64,000 bases of DNA, taken from NCBI GenBank assembly GCA_030141605.1, contig JAQGDQ010000384.1, forward strand, positions 87,167 to 151,166, written 5' to 3'. Below the pieces are notes generated by a model. It made no database searches. It had not been told where the DNA came from and saw nothing but the letters and a program-made list of their open reading frames with translations. Positions within the stretch are counted from its first letter, which is position 1. Every line of letters starts with the position of its first letter. Both the position numbers and the translations under genes were made by a program. Below are positions 10,613 through 20,838 of this stretch, piece after piece. Source of the DNA: Tubiluchus corallicola (Eukaryota; Animalia; Priapulida).

Positions 10613-11275
10613 CTATGTTTTCAATCTGGTTCTCACCCTCTTCATATCATCAGAAATCTTCTTATCCACAATTCGGGCATAAACCTGTGTAGTTTTTAGA
10701 GAGTTATGTCCCAGCATTTTTGAAACTGTTTCAATAGGAACTCCATTTGACAGTGTAACTGAAGTTGCAAACGAATGCCTCGCAACATGCATCGAAAGAT
10801 TCTTCTTAATTCCACAAATTGCAGCTAATTCTTTCAGATAACCATTCATTTTTTGGTTTGAACGTACCGGCAGTAATAGTCCTTCCGATTCATTCTCGGG
10901 ATAGTTCTTATATTTTTTGAGAATCTTTTCTGCAACTGGCAACAATGGAATCCGGCACCTGTTGTTGGTTTTATTACGATCGATAACAATCCAATCGTTA
11001 CCATCATCACCTTTATGAATATGTTCAGGTTGTAACTTTGAAATATCAGAATATGACAAGCCCGTGTAACAGGCAAAAACAAATACATCGCGAACAATTA
11101 TTAATCGTTCAATCTCAATTCGTTTCTTTTCAATCTTTTGAATTTCTTTTAATGTGAGGAAATCACGATTCGCACCACCTCGTTTAACCTTAAAACTTTA
11201 GTAAGGATTTCTAATGATTAATCCTGCAGCAACGGCATCATTCAATACCTTTTTTAAGTGCCTGTGATAGCCCCA
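10613..11275 (-). pseudogene. Tyrosine integrase, C-terminal catalytic half
   Basis: RDVFVFACYTGLSYSD, SNQKMNGYLKE, HVARHSFAT and LGHNSLKTTQVYA; no start codon, in-frame TAA near 11200. Confidence 0.9.
11104..11275. repeat. 172-bp direct repeat, copy 1 (integrase segment)
   Basis: Near-identical to 13694-13865 (gtaaggattt versus gtaagtattt). Confidence 0.95.
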
Positions 11276-11557
11276 GCAGGGGGCAGAATCCCGCTCATAT
11301 TCAGCTGACTATCAATATTTTAAAATACATAAATCTTTGGGTCTCTTTCCAAATATTCGTTATTCAAAGATAAACAATTATCCAATCAATAGCTACAATC
11401 TTTCTTGTTTAAATGGCTTAAATGTCTTAATTTCGCAAAATAAAATAGCAATACTACAACATCATTAAATAGAATTAAAGCATCAAAATAAAATAGACAC
11501 GGCACGACTACTTAAAATAGTAATCGCACATAATGGTAAATTATAAATAAAAACGAA

Positions 11558-13072
11558 ATGGCAAATATTCAGGAGAAATTGGCAAATTCTTTAATAGAAT
11601 TAAAAAAACTACAAACCCCAAATGGGCTTGCCGTTGTTAAGTCTTCCGATTTAACCAGAACACACCTGGAAAGATTGGTTAAAAATGGATTTTTGAAAGA
11701 GGTGATAAAGGGATGGTACATCTCGTCGCGTCCGGATAGTTTGCCAGGTGATACCACAAACTGGTATACCTCCTTTTGGTATTTTATTTCTGTTTATGCC
11801 AACTCAAGGTTTGACACCAACTGGTCCCTTTCTCCAGACCAGTCATTGATGTTTTACAGTGGAAGCCTTTCCGTTCCTAATCAGGTAATAATAAGAACTA
11901 CGAAAAAACAGAATAATGTTGTAAGATTATTGCACGATACATCTATTCTGTATTTCAATTCCAATATTGCCAACCCCATTAATACAGAAAATCAGTTTGG
12001 ATTGAATCTATATTCTTTGCACGAAGCATTAATTGAATGTAGTCCTAACTTCTTTAAAACAGATAGTATTGCTGCACGTACCTGCTTGTCGATAATACCG
12101 GATGTGTCAGTTTTATTAAGAATTCTTATCGAAAAAGGACAATCAACCAAAGCTGGACGGCTTGCCGGTGCCTTTCGGAATATTGGGAACAATACAGCTG
12201 CGGACCAAATTGTAAATACAATGAAGAGCCTGGGATACGACATCAGGGAGTCTGACCCATTTGAAGAAGAAACACCTATTCCCTATACAAGAGTAAGTTC
12301 TCCATACGTTGCCCGGGTTAAACTAATGTGGAGCTCAATGCGGGAAACTATCTTGGAAAACTTCCCTGAACCTAATAACACCTATTCTGATATAGAGGCA
12401 TGCCTGAAATACATTAACACACAGTACAAAGAAGATGCATATCATTCCCTTTCAATTGAAGGCTATAGGGTTACTGATGATTTAATTGAAAAAGTAAGAA
12501 GTGGAAATTGGAATCCAGATTCTGACCAGTCAGACGAACAAAAAAAAAATGCAATGGCAGCCCGTGGGTATTTTCAAGCATTTGAGGCTGTAAAAGAAAG
12601 TATTAAAAAGATTCTGGAAGGAGCTAATCCTGCCGATACAGTTGCTAACGACCATGGACTTTGGTATACCGAGTTATTTGCGCCAAGTGTTGCTGTAGGG
12701 TTATTAAATCCTGCTGATTTAGCAGGATATCGGACAAACCAAGTTTATATCAAAGGCTCCATGCATACTCCCTTAAACCCAAATGCGGTAAGGGATGCCA
12801 TGCCTGTACTTTTTGAACTGCTGAAGAATGAAACGGAAGCGAGTGTAAAAGCAGTTTTGGGGCATTTTATGTTTGTGTTCATACATCCCTACATGGACGG
12901 TAATGGCAGAATAGGACGTTTTCTAATGAATACGCTGCTTATTTCTGGTGGGTACGATTGGATAGTAATACCGGTAGAAAGAAGGCCTGAATATATGGAA
13001 GCATTAGAAAATGCCAGTGTTAAAGGAGACATGACACAATTTGCAACATTTATCGCTTCGCTTTTCAAATAG
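11558..13072 (+). CDS. Fic family protein
   Basis: Canonical Fic motif HPYMDGNGRIGR near the C-terminus; long N-terminal extension. Confidence 0.92.
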   Translation: MANIQEKLANSLIELKKLQTPNGLAVVKSSDLTRTHLERLVKNGFLKEVIKGWYISSRPDSLPGDTTNWYTSFWYFISVYANSRFDTNWSLSPDQSLMFYSGSLSVPNQVIIRTTKKQNNVVRLLHDTSILYFNSNIANPINTENQFGLNLYSLHEALIECSPNFFKTDSIAARTCLSIIPDVSVLLRILIEKGQSTKAGRLAGAFRNIGNNTAADQIVNTMKSLGYDIRESDPFEEETPIPYTRVSSPYVARVKLMWSSMRETILENFPEPNNTYSDIEACLKYINTQYKEDAYHSLSIEGYRVTDDLIEKVRSGNWNPDSDQSDEQKKNAMAARGYFQAFEAVKESIKKILEGANPADTVANDHGLWYTELFAPSVAVGLLNPADLAGYRTNQVYIKGSMHTPLNPNAVRDAMPVLFELLKNETEASVKAVLGHFMFVFIHPYMDGNGRIGRFLMNTLLISGGYDWIVIPVERRPEYMEALENASVKGDMTQFATFIASLFK

Positions 13073-13188
13073 ATATTTCACTTTTCCAAAAGCAATAATC
13101 AACCATAAAATGCATTTTTCAAAGGCAATATCAAGCTGAAGCAACTTGGATTAAGAATGTCATTAATTGATTGGGGGCTATTAAATAA

Positions 13189-13693
13189 TCAAAAAGTCAA
13201 AGCCATCGGCTTAACTTTCTTCCTGCGTTTGCGTTTAACCGAAACCGGCTTTTCAACCGTTGTTGGCTTTTGATTCTCCAAAATATAATCAACAGCCTTT
13301 TGAGCCAAACCGGAAGCCGAAACAATAAACTTTTTATCGCTTTTCAGTTTCTTTAGCCAGCCCTGAATGTAAGCTGCACTACTATCAATTGTTGCATTCT
13401 CAATTCCACAAATTCCACAGAGGTATGCTGCGCCCATTTCGGCAACCAATTCCTCAACAGAATAACTATCGTTGAAATTCAGATTCGAAAGCTTCTCATG
13501 ACGGTTTAGTCGTTTCCTATGGCCGGTAGCATGGACACATTCGTGATACAAAACGGAAAAATATGCTTCGTTGCTAACAAACGATTTTGAATTTGGCATA
13601 TATACTTCATCCAACGATGGAATATAACAGGCTTTATTTCGGTTTAACCTGATTATTGGTGAATCGTGCCAAAACTCAATCAATTCGTCACAT
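13189..13693 (-). pseudogene. ArdC-like antirestriction protein, C-terminal zincin metallopeptidase fragment
   Basis: YFSVLYHECVHATGH..RLNR, YSVEELVAEMGAAYLC and SAAYIQGWL; the N-terminal domain is missing and the fragment abuts the integrase piece. Confidence 0.8.
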
Positions 13694-13865
13694 ATCGTTC
13701 AATCTCAATTCGTTTCTTTTCAATCTTTTGAATTTCTTTTAATGTGAGGAAATCACGATTCGCACCACCTCGTTTAACCTTAAAACTTTAGTAAGTATTT
13801 CTAATGATTAATCCTGCAGCAACGGCATCATTCAATACCTTTTTTAAGTGCCTGTGATAGCCCCA
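13694..13865. repeat. 172-bp direct repeat, copy 2
   Basis: Matches 11104-11275. Confidence 0.95.
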
Positions 13866-14409
13866 TACAGTATTTGCTCCAATATTGTGCAATGATTTGA
13901 GGTGCATATCAAATGAATTCAGAAAAATATAGTCAACTCGGGTAATTTCAATGTCCTTCCTTAAGTAAAATGTCTTTACAAAATCCTTCAACCTTTTCAG
14001 CGTGGTACGATAGTGTTTTAATGTGCCTTCAGTATAGCCTTTGCCCAATTTTTTTCAATGGAAACTATGGTATTTTCAAATAATTCAATGAAGTAATCTT
14101 TCGATTTTACTCCTGTTATTCTTTCTTTTATGGTATAAACATCAAAACCATTCGTGGCCAGCTTCCAATTGATTATAGATGTCGTAAATACCAGATACAA
14201 ATTTTAAAAGACGATTATTCAGAATTCGAATTTCTTCTGAATTTCCTATAATTTCTTGCCTCGTTTTGTCCCAGTCAATTACTATCAACCAAAATTGATG
14301 TTGATAACTCAATTCTTCGCCCATCCATCACGCATCGTGCATAAACAGGATATTTCCCATTGCTTCTTACTTTCGATTTCTTTAAAAGAAGGGTAACTCT
14401 ATTTCTCAT
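13694..14409 (-). pseudogene. Tyrosine integrase, N-terminal half (arm-binding and SAM-like domains), frameshifted
   Basis: MRNRVTLLLKKSKVRSNGKYPVYARCVMDGRRIELST..., then GTLKHYRTT..NTVWGYHRHLKKVLNDAV across several frameshifts; adjacent to the tRNA. Confidence 0.85.
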
Positions 14410-14694
14410 AACTCCAAAATTTTTAAGTTTTAGGGTCTAAAAAGGGTCTCTTGGGGGTAAAATTACCGCGAAAAGTGCCGAATTACAACAGCAAAAAAGA
14501 CCAATTCAGACCAAATTAAATTATGAATATCAGAGAGTTACAGAAGAGAGCTCCTTTTTTTGTCAAAAAATCAAAGGGTCTCGATTTAGTCCCCTTTTTC
14601 ATGGTGTTATTTGACCTTTTTTGAATTTACACAAAATAAAAAAGCACTTAAAATCAACGATTTAAGCGCTTTTGATTCGGAATGATTTCCGTTC

Positions 14695-14770
14695 TGGTGA
14701 CTCAGCAGGGGATCGAACCCTGGACCCACGCCTTAAAAGGGCGTTGCTCTACCAGCTGAGCTACTGAGTC
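14695..14770 (-). tRNA. tRNA-Lys (anticodon TTT), encoded CCA
   Basis: Reverse complement GACTCAG-TAGCTCAGCTGGTAGAGC-AACGCC-CTTTTAA-GGCGT...GGTTCGATCC...CTGAGTC-ACCA, 76 nt cloverleaf. Confidence 0.97.
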
Positions 14771-14808
14771 TCCCTTATCCAACATCCTCACTTTTTCATA
14801 AGGAATCG

Positions 14809-14838
14809 CAAATATAATGCAAATTTTTTACATGCAAA
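14809..14838 (-). promoter_or_regulatory. Bacteroidetes housekeeping promoter for tRNA-Lys
   Basis: TTTG-N18-TATATTTG on the minus strand, close to the -33/-7 consensus. Confidence 0.6.
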
Positions 14839-15022
14839 AAGTAAATACGCCTACCTTTTTCCTTTAACTTATTTCTTATCCCATTATTCTTTTAACTGCC
14901 TTCTTATAACTTAACCGAAAAGGGCTGGATGTGCTCTTTTATCTCTTTTTACCCTGCTTTTTTTATCCTGACACGAAAGCTTAAAAAATCACAGCCTGAT
15001 TTTTTTTAGCACTATGCAGGCT

Positions 15023-15161
15023 AAAACCTTTACAAAATGATCTTCCCTTATTGCTGTTTTTGCCAGAGCCCTCTTCAAAATCCTTACTTACCCCAGGGAA
15101 CTGAGGCTTCTTACCTGTCTCTCCTTAGCATAAATCAAAATTTCACCCCCTGCCAGGACTT
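15023..15161 (+). repeat. Degenerate dispersed intergenic repeat, copy A
   Basis: cctttacaaaa..atctt..tttttgccaga..cttcaaaatccttacttac..aatcaaaa aligns with copy C (20622-20759). Confidence 0.55.
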
Positions 15162-15255
15162 TATAACTTAAATGGCTTTAACTTCTTCCTTCAAAAATTG
15201 TACTTTTGTGCTCAGTTTTACAGCAAAAAGTAAAATATAATAAAAGTATTTGACA

Positions 15256-16695
15256 ATGATAAAGGAGAGGATCGTTGATATTCTACAATCGGCGCAGCCG
15301 GATACAGAGATTACGGTAAATGGGTGGGTTCGCACATGCCGGGGGAGTAAAAGTGTGAGCTTTATCGCCTTAAATGACGGCTCCACCATTAATAACCTGC
15401 AGGTTGTGGCTGATATCGATAGATTTGGCGAAGATGTTTTTAAAAAAATCAACAGCGGGGCATGCATATCTGCTACAGGCAGACTTGTTGAATCTACCGG
15501 GAGTGGGCAAAGGGTAGAGCTGCAAGCATCCCGGCTGGAAGTAATAGGTGAGGCAGATCCTGACAAATATCCGATACAACCTAAGCGCCACACTCTGGAG
15601 TATTTGCGTGAAGTTGCTCATTTACGCTCACGCACCGCTACCTTCGGTGCAGTTTTTAGAGTCCGGCATGCGCTTATTTATGCCGTTCATAAATTTTTTA
15701 CCGAAAGAGGCTTCTACAACATTCATACTCCTATAATTACCAGCTCTGACGCAGAGGGGGCAGGAGAGATGTTCCGCGTCTCAACCCTACCAGTTGACGG
15801 AGCACCAAAAGATGACAAAGGAGAGATTGACTTTAGTAACGACTTTTTTGGAAAGGAGACAAACCTTACCGTATCGGGGCAGCTTGAAGGGGAGTTATTT
15901 GCCATGTCGATGTCAAGAATATACACATTTGCCCCAACATTTCGCGCTGAAAACTCAAACACCTCACGGCACCTTGCAGAATTTTGGATGATAGAGCCGG
16001 AGGTTGCATTCTTTGACCTCAAAGATAATATAGATCTTGCGGAAAGCTTTCTGAAATACCTGGTTCGCTACTCACTTGACAACTGCAAGGATGACCTCGA
16101 TTTCCTTTCTAAAAGGCAGGAGAATGAAGAAAAAAGCAAACCCGCCGATCAGCGCTCTATGGAGCTTATAGAAAAGTTGAAATTTGTTATCAACAACGAC
16201 TTTGAAAAATTGACATATAGTGAAGCAATAGATATACTCAAGAACTCCAAACCGAATAAAAAAGGGAAATTTAAATACCCAATAAATGGATTTGGCGCAG
16301 ACATACAAAGCGAGCACGAGCGCTATTTAGTGGAAAAGAGATTTAAGAAACCTGTTATCCTAACCGACTATCCCAAGGAAATAAAGGCTTTTTATATGCG
16401 CCTCAACGATGATGGCAAAACAGTTGCTGCTATGGATGTACTTTTCCCGCAAATAGGTGAAATCATAGGTGGCTCACAGCGTGAAGATCGGCTTGACATA
16501 CTGAAAGAGAGAATGAAAGAAGCGGATATATCTTTGGAAGAGATGAGCTGGTATCTCGACTCGCGACGGTTCGGAGGGTGCCCTCATGCAGGATTTGGAC
16601 TGGGGTTTGAACGACTGATACAGTTCATTACAGGCATGGGGAACATACGCGATGTGATACCTTTCCCACGGACACCGAAAAATTGTGAATTTTAG
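15256..16695 (+). CDS. asnS: Asparagine--tRNA ligase
   Basis: OB-fold [51 protein letters not shown]. Confidence 0.97.
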   Translation: MIKERIVDILQSAQPDTEITVNGWVRTCRGSKSVSFIALNDGSTINNLQVVADIDRFGEDVFKKINSGACISATGRLVESTGSGQRVELQASRLEVIGEADPDKYPIQPKRHTLEYLREVAHLRSRTATFGAVFRVRHALIYAVHKFFTERGFYNIHTPIITSSDAEGAGEMFRVSTLPVDGAPKDDKGEIDFSNDFFGKETNLTVSGQLEGELFAMSMSRIYTFAPTFRAENSNTSRHLAEFWMIEPEVAFFDLKDNIDLAESFLKYLVRYSLDNCKDDLDFLSKRQENEEKSKPADQRSMELIEKLKFVINNDFEKLTYSEAIDILKNSKPNKKGKFKYPINGFGADIQSEHERYLVEKRFKKPVILTDYPKEIKAFYMRLNDDGKTVAAMDVLFPQIGEIIGGSQREDRLDILKERMKEADISLEEMSWYLDSRRFGGCPHAGFGLGFERLIQFITGMGNIRDVIPFPRTPKNCEF

Positions 16696-16775
16696 ATGTA
16701 ACTATCTTAGATGCTGTTCCTAAAAGCTCCATTGTAGTTTATGCTGCCCGGGAAGCGTCGTGATATATCCAAAAT

Positions 16776-16897
16776 GAGGGACCTTGCGAAACCCATTTAC
16801 ATCTATTCGTCAAAACCCTCACTTACATCGGCATACAGAGATTCACATTGAGCCTCTCTCCAATCCGAACCAGAACCTTTCGCATTTCAAAGTCCTC
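16776..16897 (+). repeat. Degenerate dispersed intergenic repeat, copy B
   Basis: Terminal inverted ends gagggaccttgcgaaa ... tttcaaagtcctc; internal gtcaaaa..ctcacttacat. Confidence 0.6.
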
Positions 16898-16986
16898 AAA
16901 GTGTTTATTTTCTACAGGAAATTTTTGACTACTGCTATATTTTTGTAAATTTCGACTAATAGATAAAACTTTACTGCCAAAACAGG

Positions 16987-18459
16987 ATGCAAAAACTCAA
17001 TTTTCAGCAGAAGCTGCTCCAAAAATTGTCACCACAGCAGATACAGGTTATAAAACTGCTGGAGGTGCCCGCTATGCATCTCGAACAGCATATAAAAAAG
17101 GAGGTGGAGGAGAACCTCGTACTTGAAACAAGCAAGGAGCAGGAGGATAATGAGGAGGAGCTGTTTCAGGATGATACAAAGGCAGATAACAACACCGATA
17201 ATGAGGAGTTTTCACTAGAGGATTACATGAATGAAGAGGACTATTCCCCCGAGGACTATCCCCCCTATAAATATACCACTCGGAACAACTCCAGGAACGA
17301 TAAAATTCCCGATACTCCCCTTCCCGCAGGAGAGACGTTTCATGAATATCTTAAAAATCAATTGGGCGGAGTTGCTCTCTCAGAAAAAGAGGTTGTAATG
17401 GGAAAGCATATTATAGGCAATATTGATGAAGATGGCTATCTGCGCCGTGACCTGAAATCAATAGCCGATGATATGGCTTTTACATTTAACATCACTACAA
17501 CAGAGGAGGAGCTATCATCAATATTACAGGATATACAGAAATTCGACCCTACAGGAGTGGGGGCCAGAAACCTGCGTGAATGCCTTATTTTACAAATAGA
17601 GGGGAAAGATAGGTCCAAACCCGAGATCAAATTGGCTTTAAGTGTACTGAATGATGCTTTTGATGAATTTACACGTAAGCACTATGATAGAATTTCGCAA
17701 AAATTTAATGTCTCCCGTGAGGTGTTGAAACTATCTATTGATGAAATTTTAAAACTGAACCCAAAGCCCGGGGGAGCTTTCAACAGTGTAGAGAGTAGAA
17801 ACAACCAGACAATTATACCTGATTTCCTGCTAGAACCTGTAAACGGAAAGCTCGAACTTTCTCTAAACAAAAAAAATGCTCCCGACCTATATGTTAACAG
17901 GCACTACTCAAATATGCTAAAGGCCTATCAGGAGAACAGAAAAAACCTGACAAAACAGGGCAAGGAGACCGCACTATTTGTAAAACAAAAGATAGATTCC
18001 GCCAAATGGTTTATTGATGCAATAAGACAGCGACAGCAGACACTATTACAGGTTATGAGAAAAATTGTGGACTTCCAAGAAGAGTATTTTGAAGAGGGGG
18101 AAGAGTCTCTTTTGAAACCTATGATACTTAAAGATATTGCAGACCAAACAGGATTTGATATTTCCACAATATCAAGAGTCTCTAACGGCAAATATATACA
18201 GACTCACTTTGGAATTTTTCAACTTAAATCCTTCTTCTCCGAATCGATGCGAAAAGATACAGGGGAAAAGGTCTCTACTCGCAAAATAAAAAAGAAACTA
18301 AAGGAGTGTATAGAGGCAGAGGATAAAAGTAATCCACTCACAGACCAGAGCCTTGTAAAAATATTAACGGAGGAGGGGTATCCCATAGCCCGCCGCACAG
18401 TTGCCAAATACAGAGAGCAACTTAATATTCCAGTAGCAAGAATGAGGAAGGAACTATAA
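16987..18459 (+). CDS. rpoN: RNA polymerase sigma-54 factor
   Basis: Gln/Leu-rich region I, LKPMILKDIA, STISRV and the RpoN box ARRTVAKYRE. Confidence 0.97.
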   Translation: MQKLNFQQKLLQKLSPQQIQVIKLLEVPAMHLEQHIKKEVEENLVLETSKEQEDNEEELFQDDTKADNNTDNEEFSLEDYMNEEDYSPEDYPPYKYTTRNNSRNDKIPDTPLPAGETFHEYLKNQLGGVALSEKEVVMGKHIIGNIDEDGYLRRDLKSIADDMAFTFNITTTEEELSSILQDIQKFDPTGVGARNLRECLILQIEGKDRSKPEIKLALSVLNDAFDEFTRKHYDRISQKFNVSREVLKLSIDEILKLNPKPGGAFNSVESRNNQTIIPDFLLEPVNGKLELSLNKKNAPDLYVNRHYSNMLKAYQENRKNLTKQGKETALFVKQKIDSAKWFIDAIRQRQQTLLQVMRKIVDFQEEYFEEGEESLLKPMILKDIADQTGFDISTISRVSNGKYIQTHFGIFQLKSFFSESMRKDTGEKVSTRKIKKKLKECIEAEDKSNPLTDQSLVKILTEEGYPIARRTVAKYREQLNIPVARMRKEL

Positions 18460-18523
18460 GAGAAAAGTTGCCTGTAAATACCGCTCTCTGCTACTCTCTT
18501 TGTCTTTTCAAGAAAATAGCTGT

Positions 18524-18555
18524 TTTGGAAAAGGTCTGTTTTATAGCTATATTTG
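18524..18555 (+). promoter_or_regulatory. Bacteroidetes -33/-7 promoter
   Basis: TTTG-N20-TATATTTG about 32 bp upstream of the ATG at 18588. Confidence 0.6.
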
Positions 18556-18587
18556 ACATTATTATTAAGGATACTTAAGCTTTTGAG

Positions 18588-19529
18588 ATGAATATTGCTT
18601 CCTATCTATTAGAATTGCTGAGGATGCATGAATGCGTTATTGTACCTGGCTTTGGCGGATTTACAACAAACTATCGTTCTGCCAGGATTGATATGGATAG
18701 AAGCACCTTCTCTCCTCCGAGAAAAGAGCTTGTATTTAACCGTAAACTTGACAGAGAGGATAGACTGCTAGCCAATTATATCGCGAAAAAGGAGAGTACC
18801 AGCTGTGATGATGTGCTAAGGCTCATTGAAAAATTCACAGGCGAACTATGGGCTAAACTTAAAAAAGGCGAAAACCTAAATTTATACGGAATAGGGCTTT
18901 TCTACTTTGATAGCTATGGTAAATTGAGCTTCGAACCCGATAGCGAGGAAAACTTGCTTACAGAGGCTTATGGTATGCCATCTTTTCATTTTTCAGAGCG
19001 TAAGAGCAGGGCAAACTACACTTCACCCCCCGTTTTAAACTTGCAAGACAGGGGTAGTGAGCAGCATGCCAGACCAAGCCCGGGAATGACGGGACGTACT
19101 TTAATAATAGCCACATTTATTATTGTGGCTCTCGTTATTGCTCCGTTTGACCAGATAGAGAGACTTCAAATACTCCCAGGGGATAAAGCGACAAATACCG
19201 TTATTTGGGAGGAGAGAACTGCACCCGATAACACACAGAGCCAGACAGAAAAGGTGGCAGAAGAGGAAAAATTGGCTCGGCTACCAACAGAAACAGGTGC
19301 GCGCTATTACCTCGTAATAAATAGTTTCGGCAGTCGTGCAAATGCTGAAAAGTATCACAGGGGCCTCCTTAACCAAGGACATAACTCAGAAATTTTATCC
19401 TTCCGTGATGGAAGTATAAGAGTAACGATAGGAAATTCTTTTCAAAGCAAGGAAAAAGCCGAAGAGGCAGCAGATCGTATTAATTCCAATCGCCGCAATA
19501 GCGTTTGGGTAATAGAATGGAAAAACTAA
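18588..19529 (+). CDS. HU/CCDC81-like N-terminal domain + TM + C-terminal SPOR domain protein
   Basis: ELL..HECVIVPGFGGF N-terminus, central TM helix, YYLVINSFGSRANAEK SPOR-like C-terminus. Confidence 0.85.
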   Translation: MNIASYLLELLRMHECVIVPGFGGFTTNYRSARIDMDRSTFSPPRKELVFNRKLDREDRLLANYIAKKESTSCDDVLRLIEKFTGELWAKLKKGENLNLYGIGLFYFDSYGKLSFEPDSEENLLTEAYGMPSFHFSERKSRANYTSPPVLNLQDRGSEQHARPSPGMTGRTLIIATFIIVALVIAPFDQIERLQILPGDKATNTVIWEERTAPDNTQSQTEKVAEEEKLARLPTETGARYYLVINSFGSRANAEKYHRGLLNQGHNSEILSFRDGSIRVTIGNSFQSKEKAEEAADRINSNRRNSVWVIEWKN

Positions 19530-19949
19530 AATCCTTTGGGAGGCATAAAATACAATATATTTTATATCTTCCGCTTTAATAGGACAGTCTCATCAATATG
19601 GAATGGAATGACAATGGAGATCTTTTAGAAGCAAAACGTAATTAATGCCCCAATCACCACACTAACGCTTATGTAATGGAATGGAAAACTAAAATCATTT
19701 GGAGACATAAAATACAATATATTTTATATCTTCCGCTTTAATAGGACAATCTAATCAATATGGAATGAAGTGACAATGGAGATCCTTTAGAAGCAAAACG
19801 TATTAACGCCCCCAATCACCACACTAACGCTTATGGAATGGAAAACCAAAATCCTTTGGAGACATAAAATACAATATATTTTATATCTTACACTTTAATA
19901 GGACAGTCTCATCAATATGGAATGGAGTGACAATGAAGATCTTTTAGAA
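19510..19949 (+). repeat. Tandem repeat, about 2.7 copies of 160-165 bp
   Basis: Unit gaatggaaaa.taaaatc.tttggaga.ataaaatacaatatattttatatctt...caatatggaatg starts near 19510, 19675 and 19835. Confidence 0.95.
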
Positions 19950-20588
19950 CTGGAGGGTGACAGTGTGCCCAAAAGAGGCCCAGCAGAGGACCCTAAAGAG
20001 GTGCGTGAGCTAACAGCCCAAAAAGCAAATATGAGGGAAAAGGCCATTGCAAAAGAGATAGAACGCCTTAGAACGACCCAAAACTTTCTGCGCTCACGCC
20101 TAAAAAGAAAATCTATTGTCTTTTCGATCCTTATAGTGCTACTTGCAGGAATTACAGTAGTACTATATATATATATCAAAATGCCTCAAACATTTAATGA
20201 AATTAAAATTATGCCCGACAGGACTATTTCAGATATAATAGATCCCATTGACTACCCTAAGAAAGAGGATATCAGATTTATGATCCAGATAGGAGCCTAC
20301 CATGGAAAAGTCTTAGACATAGAGAATGAGGTTGCTTTCACTTCTTATGATTCTGTATCATATTATAATGATAAAAATGACGGTTTAATAAAATATTTGT
20401 TTGGGAACTTTAGCAGCTACGAAGAGGCCACAAAAGCACTGTTAAGGGCAAGATCTCAGTTTAAAGATGCCTATATCATTCCATTCGATGAGGAGCAGCA
20501 AAGGAGGATCGAGTGGAATGCCTGCCATAAAGTGCTTGGATTGCCAAGTCATTGCGGGCCGCATGGCTATGCGGACATGCCAGAATAA
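19917..20588 (+). CDS. Membrane-anchored protein with a SPOR-like domain
   Basis: One TM helix; FMIQIGAY..KYLFGNFSSYEEATKAL..FKDAYIIPF pattern. Confidence 0.7.
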   Translation: MEWSDNEDLLELEGDSVPKRGPAEDPKEVRELTAQKANMREKAIAKEIERLRTTQNFLRSRLKRKSIVFSILIVLLAGITVVLYIYIKMPQTFNEIKIMPDRTISDIIDPIDYPKKEDIRFMIQIGAYHGKVLDIENEVAFTSYDSVSYYNDKNDGLIKYLFGNFSSYEEATKALLRARSQFKDAYIIPFDEEQQRRIEWNACHKVLGLPSHCGPHGYADMPE

Positions 20589-20621
20589 GTTGCAAACATA
20601 GCGCCTCCACTTTCAGTTCTT

Positions 20622-20759
20622 GAGGCCTTTGTAAAACTCATCTTTTTATTAATATTTTTGTCAAAATCATCTTCAAAGCTCTCACTTACATTAATAAACT
20701 ACTATTTTTATCGAACTTTCCCCCAATCTAAATCAAAACTTTTGCCTTACAAAAGCCTT
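20622..20759 (+). repeat. Degenerate dispersed intergenic repeat, copy C
   Basis: gaggcctttgtaaaa ... ttacaaaagcctt terminal inverted ends. Confidence 0.6.
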
Positions 20760-20838
20760 GTGCTTAAATTGCTATGTCGGTAAAAACATTAATTTTACAC
20801 CTGGCAGTGAAATTTACAGGAGAAAATGAAATCAAATA

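Larger units (their letters stand above)
1..14694. mobile_element. Decayed genomic island anchored at the tRNA-Lys 3' end (left boundary not seen)
   Basis: Integrase next to the tRNA 3' end, ArdC, Fic, IS debris, truncated genes and visibly higher AT than the core genes to the right. Extent left of about 8.4 kb is inferred from composition only. Confidence 0.6.

Noticed and set aside
10613-11275. Integron integrase IntI for the attC-like site
   Set aside because: Motifs (FACYTGL, SNQKMN, arm-binding N-terminus) match Bacteroidetes mobilisable-element integrases, and no IntI-specific insertion is evident.
19510-19949. CRISPR array
   Set aside because: Units are about 160 bp and similar along their whole length, with no unique spacers and no cas genes.
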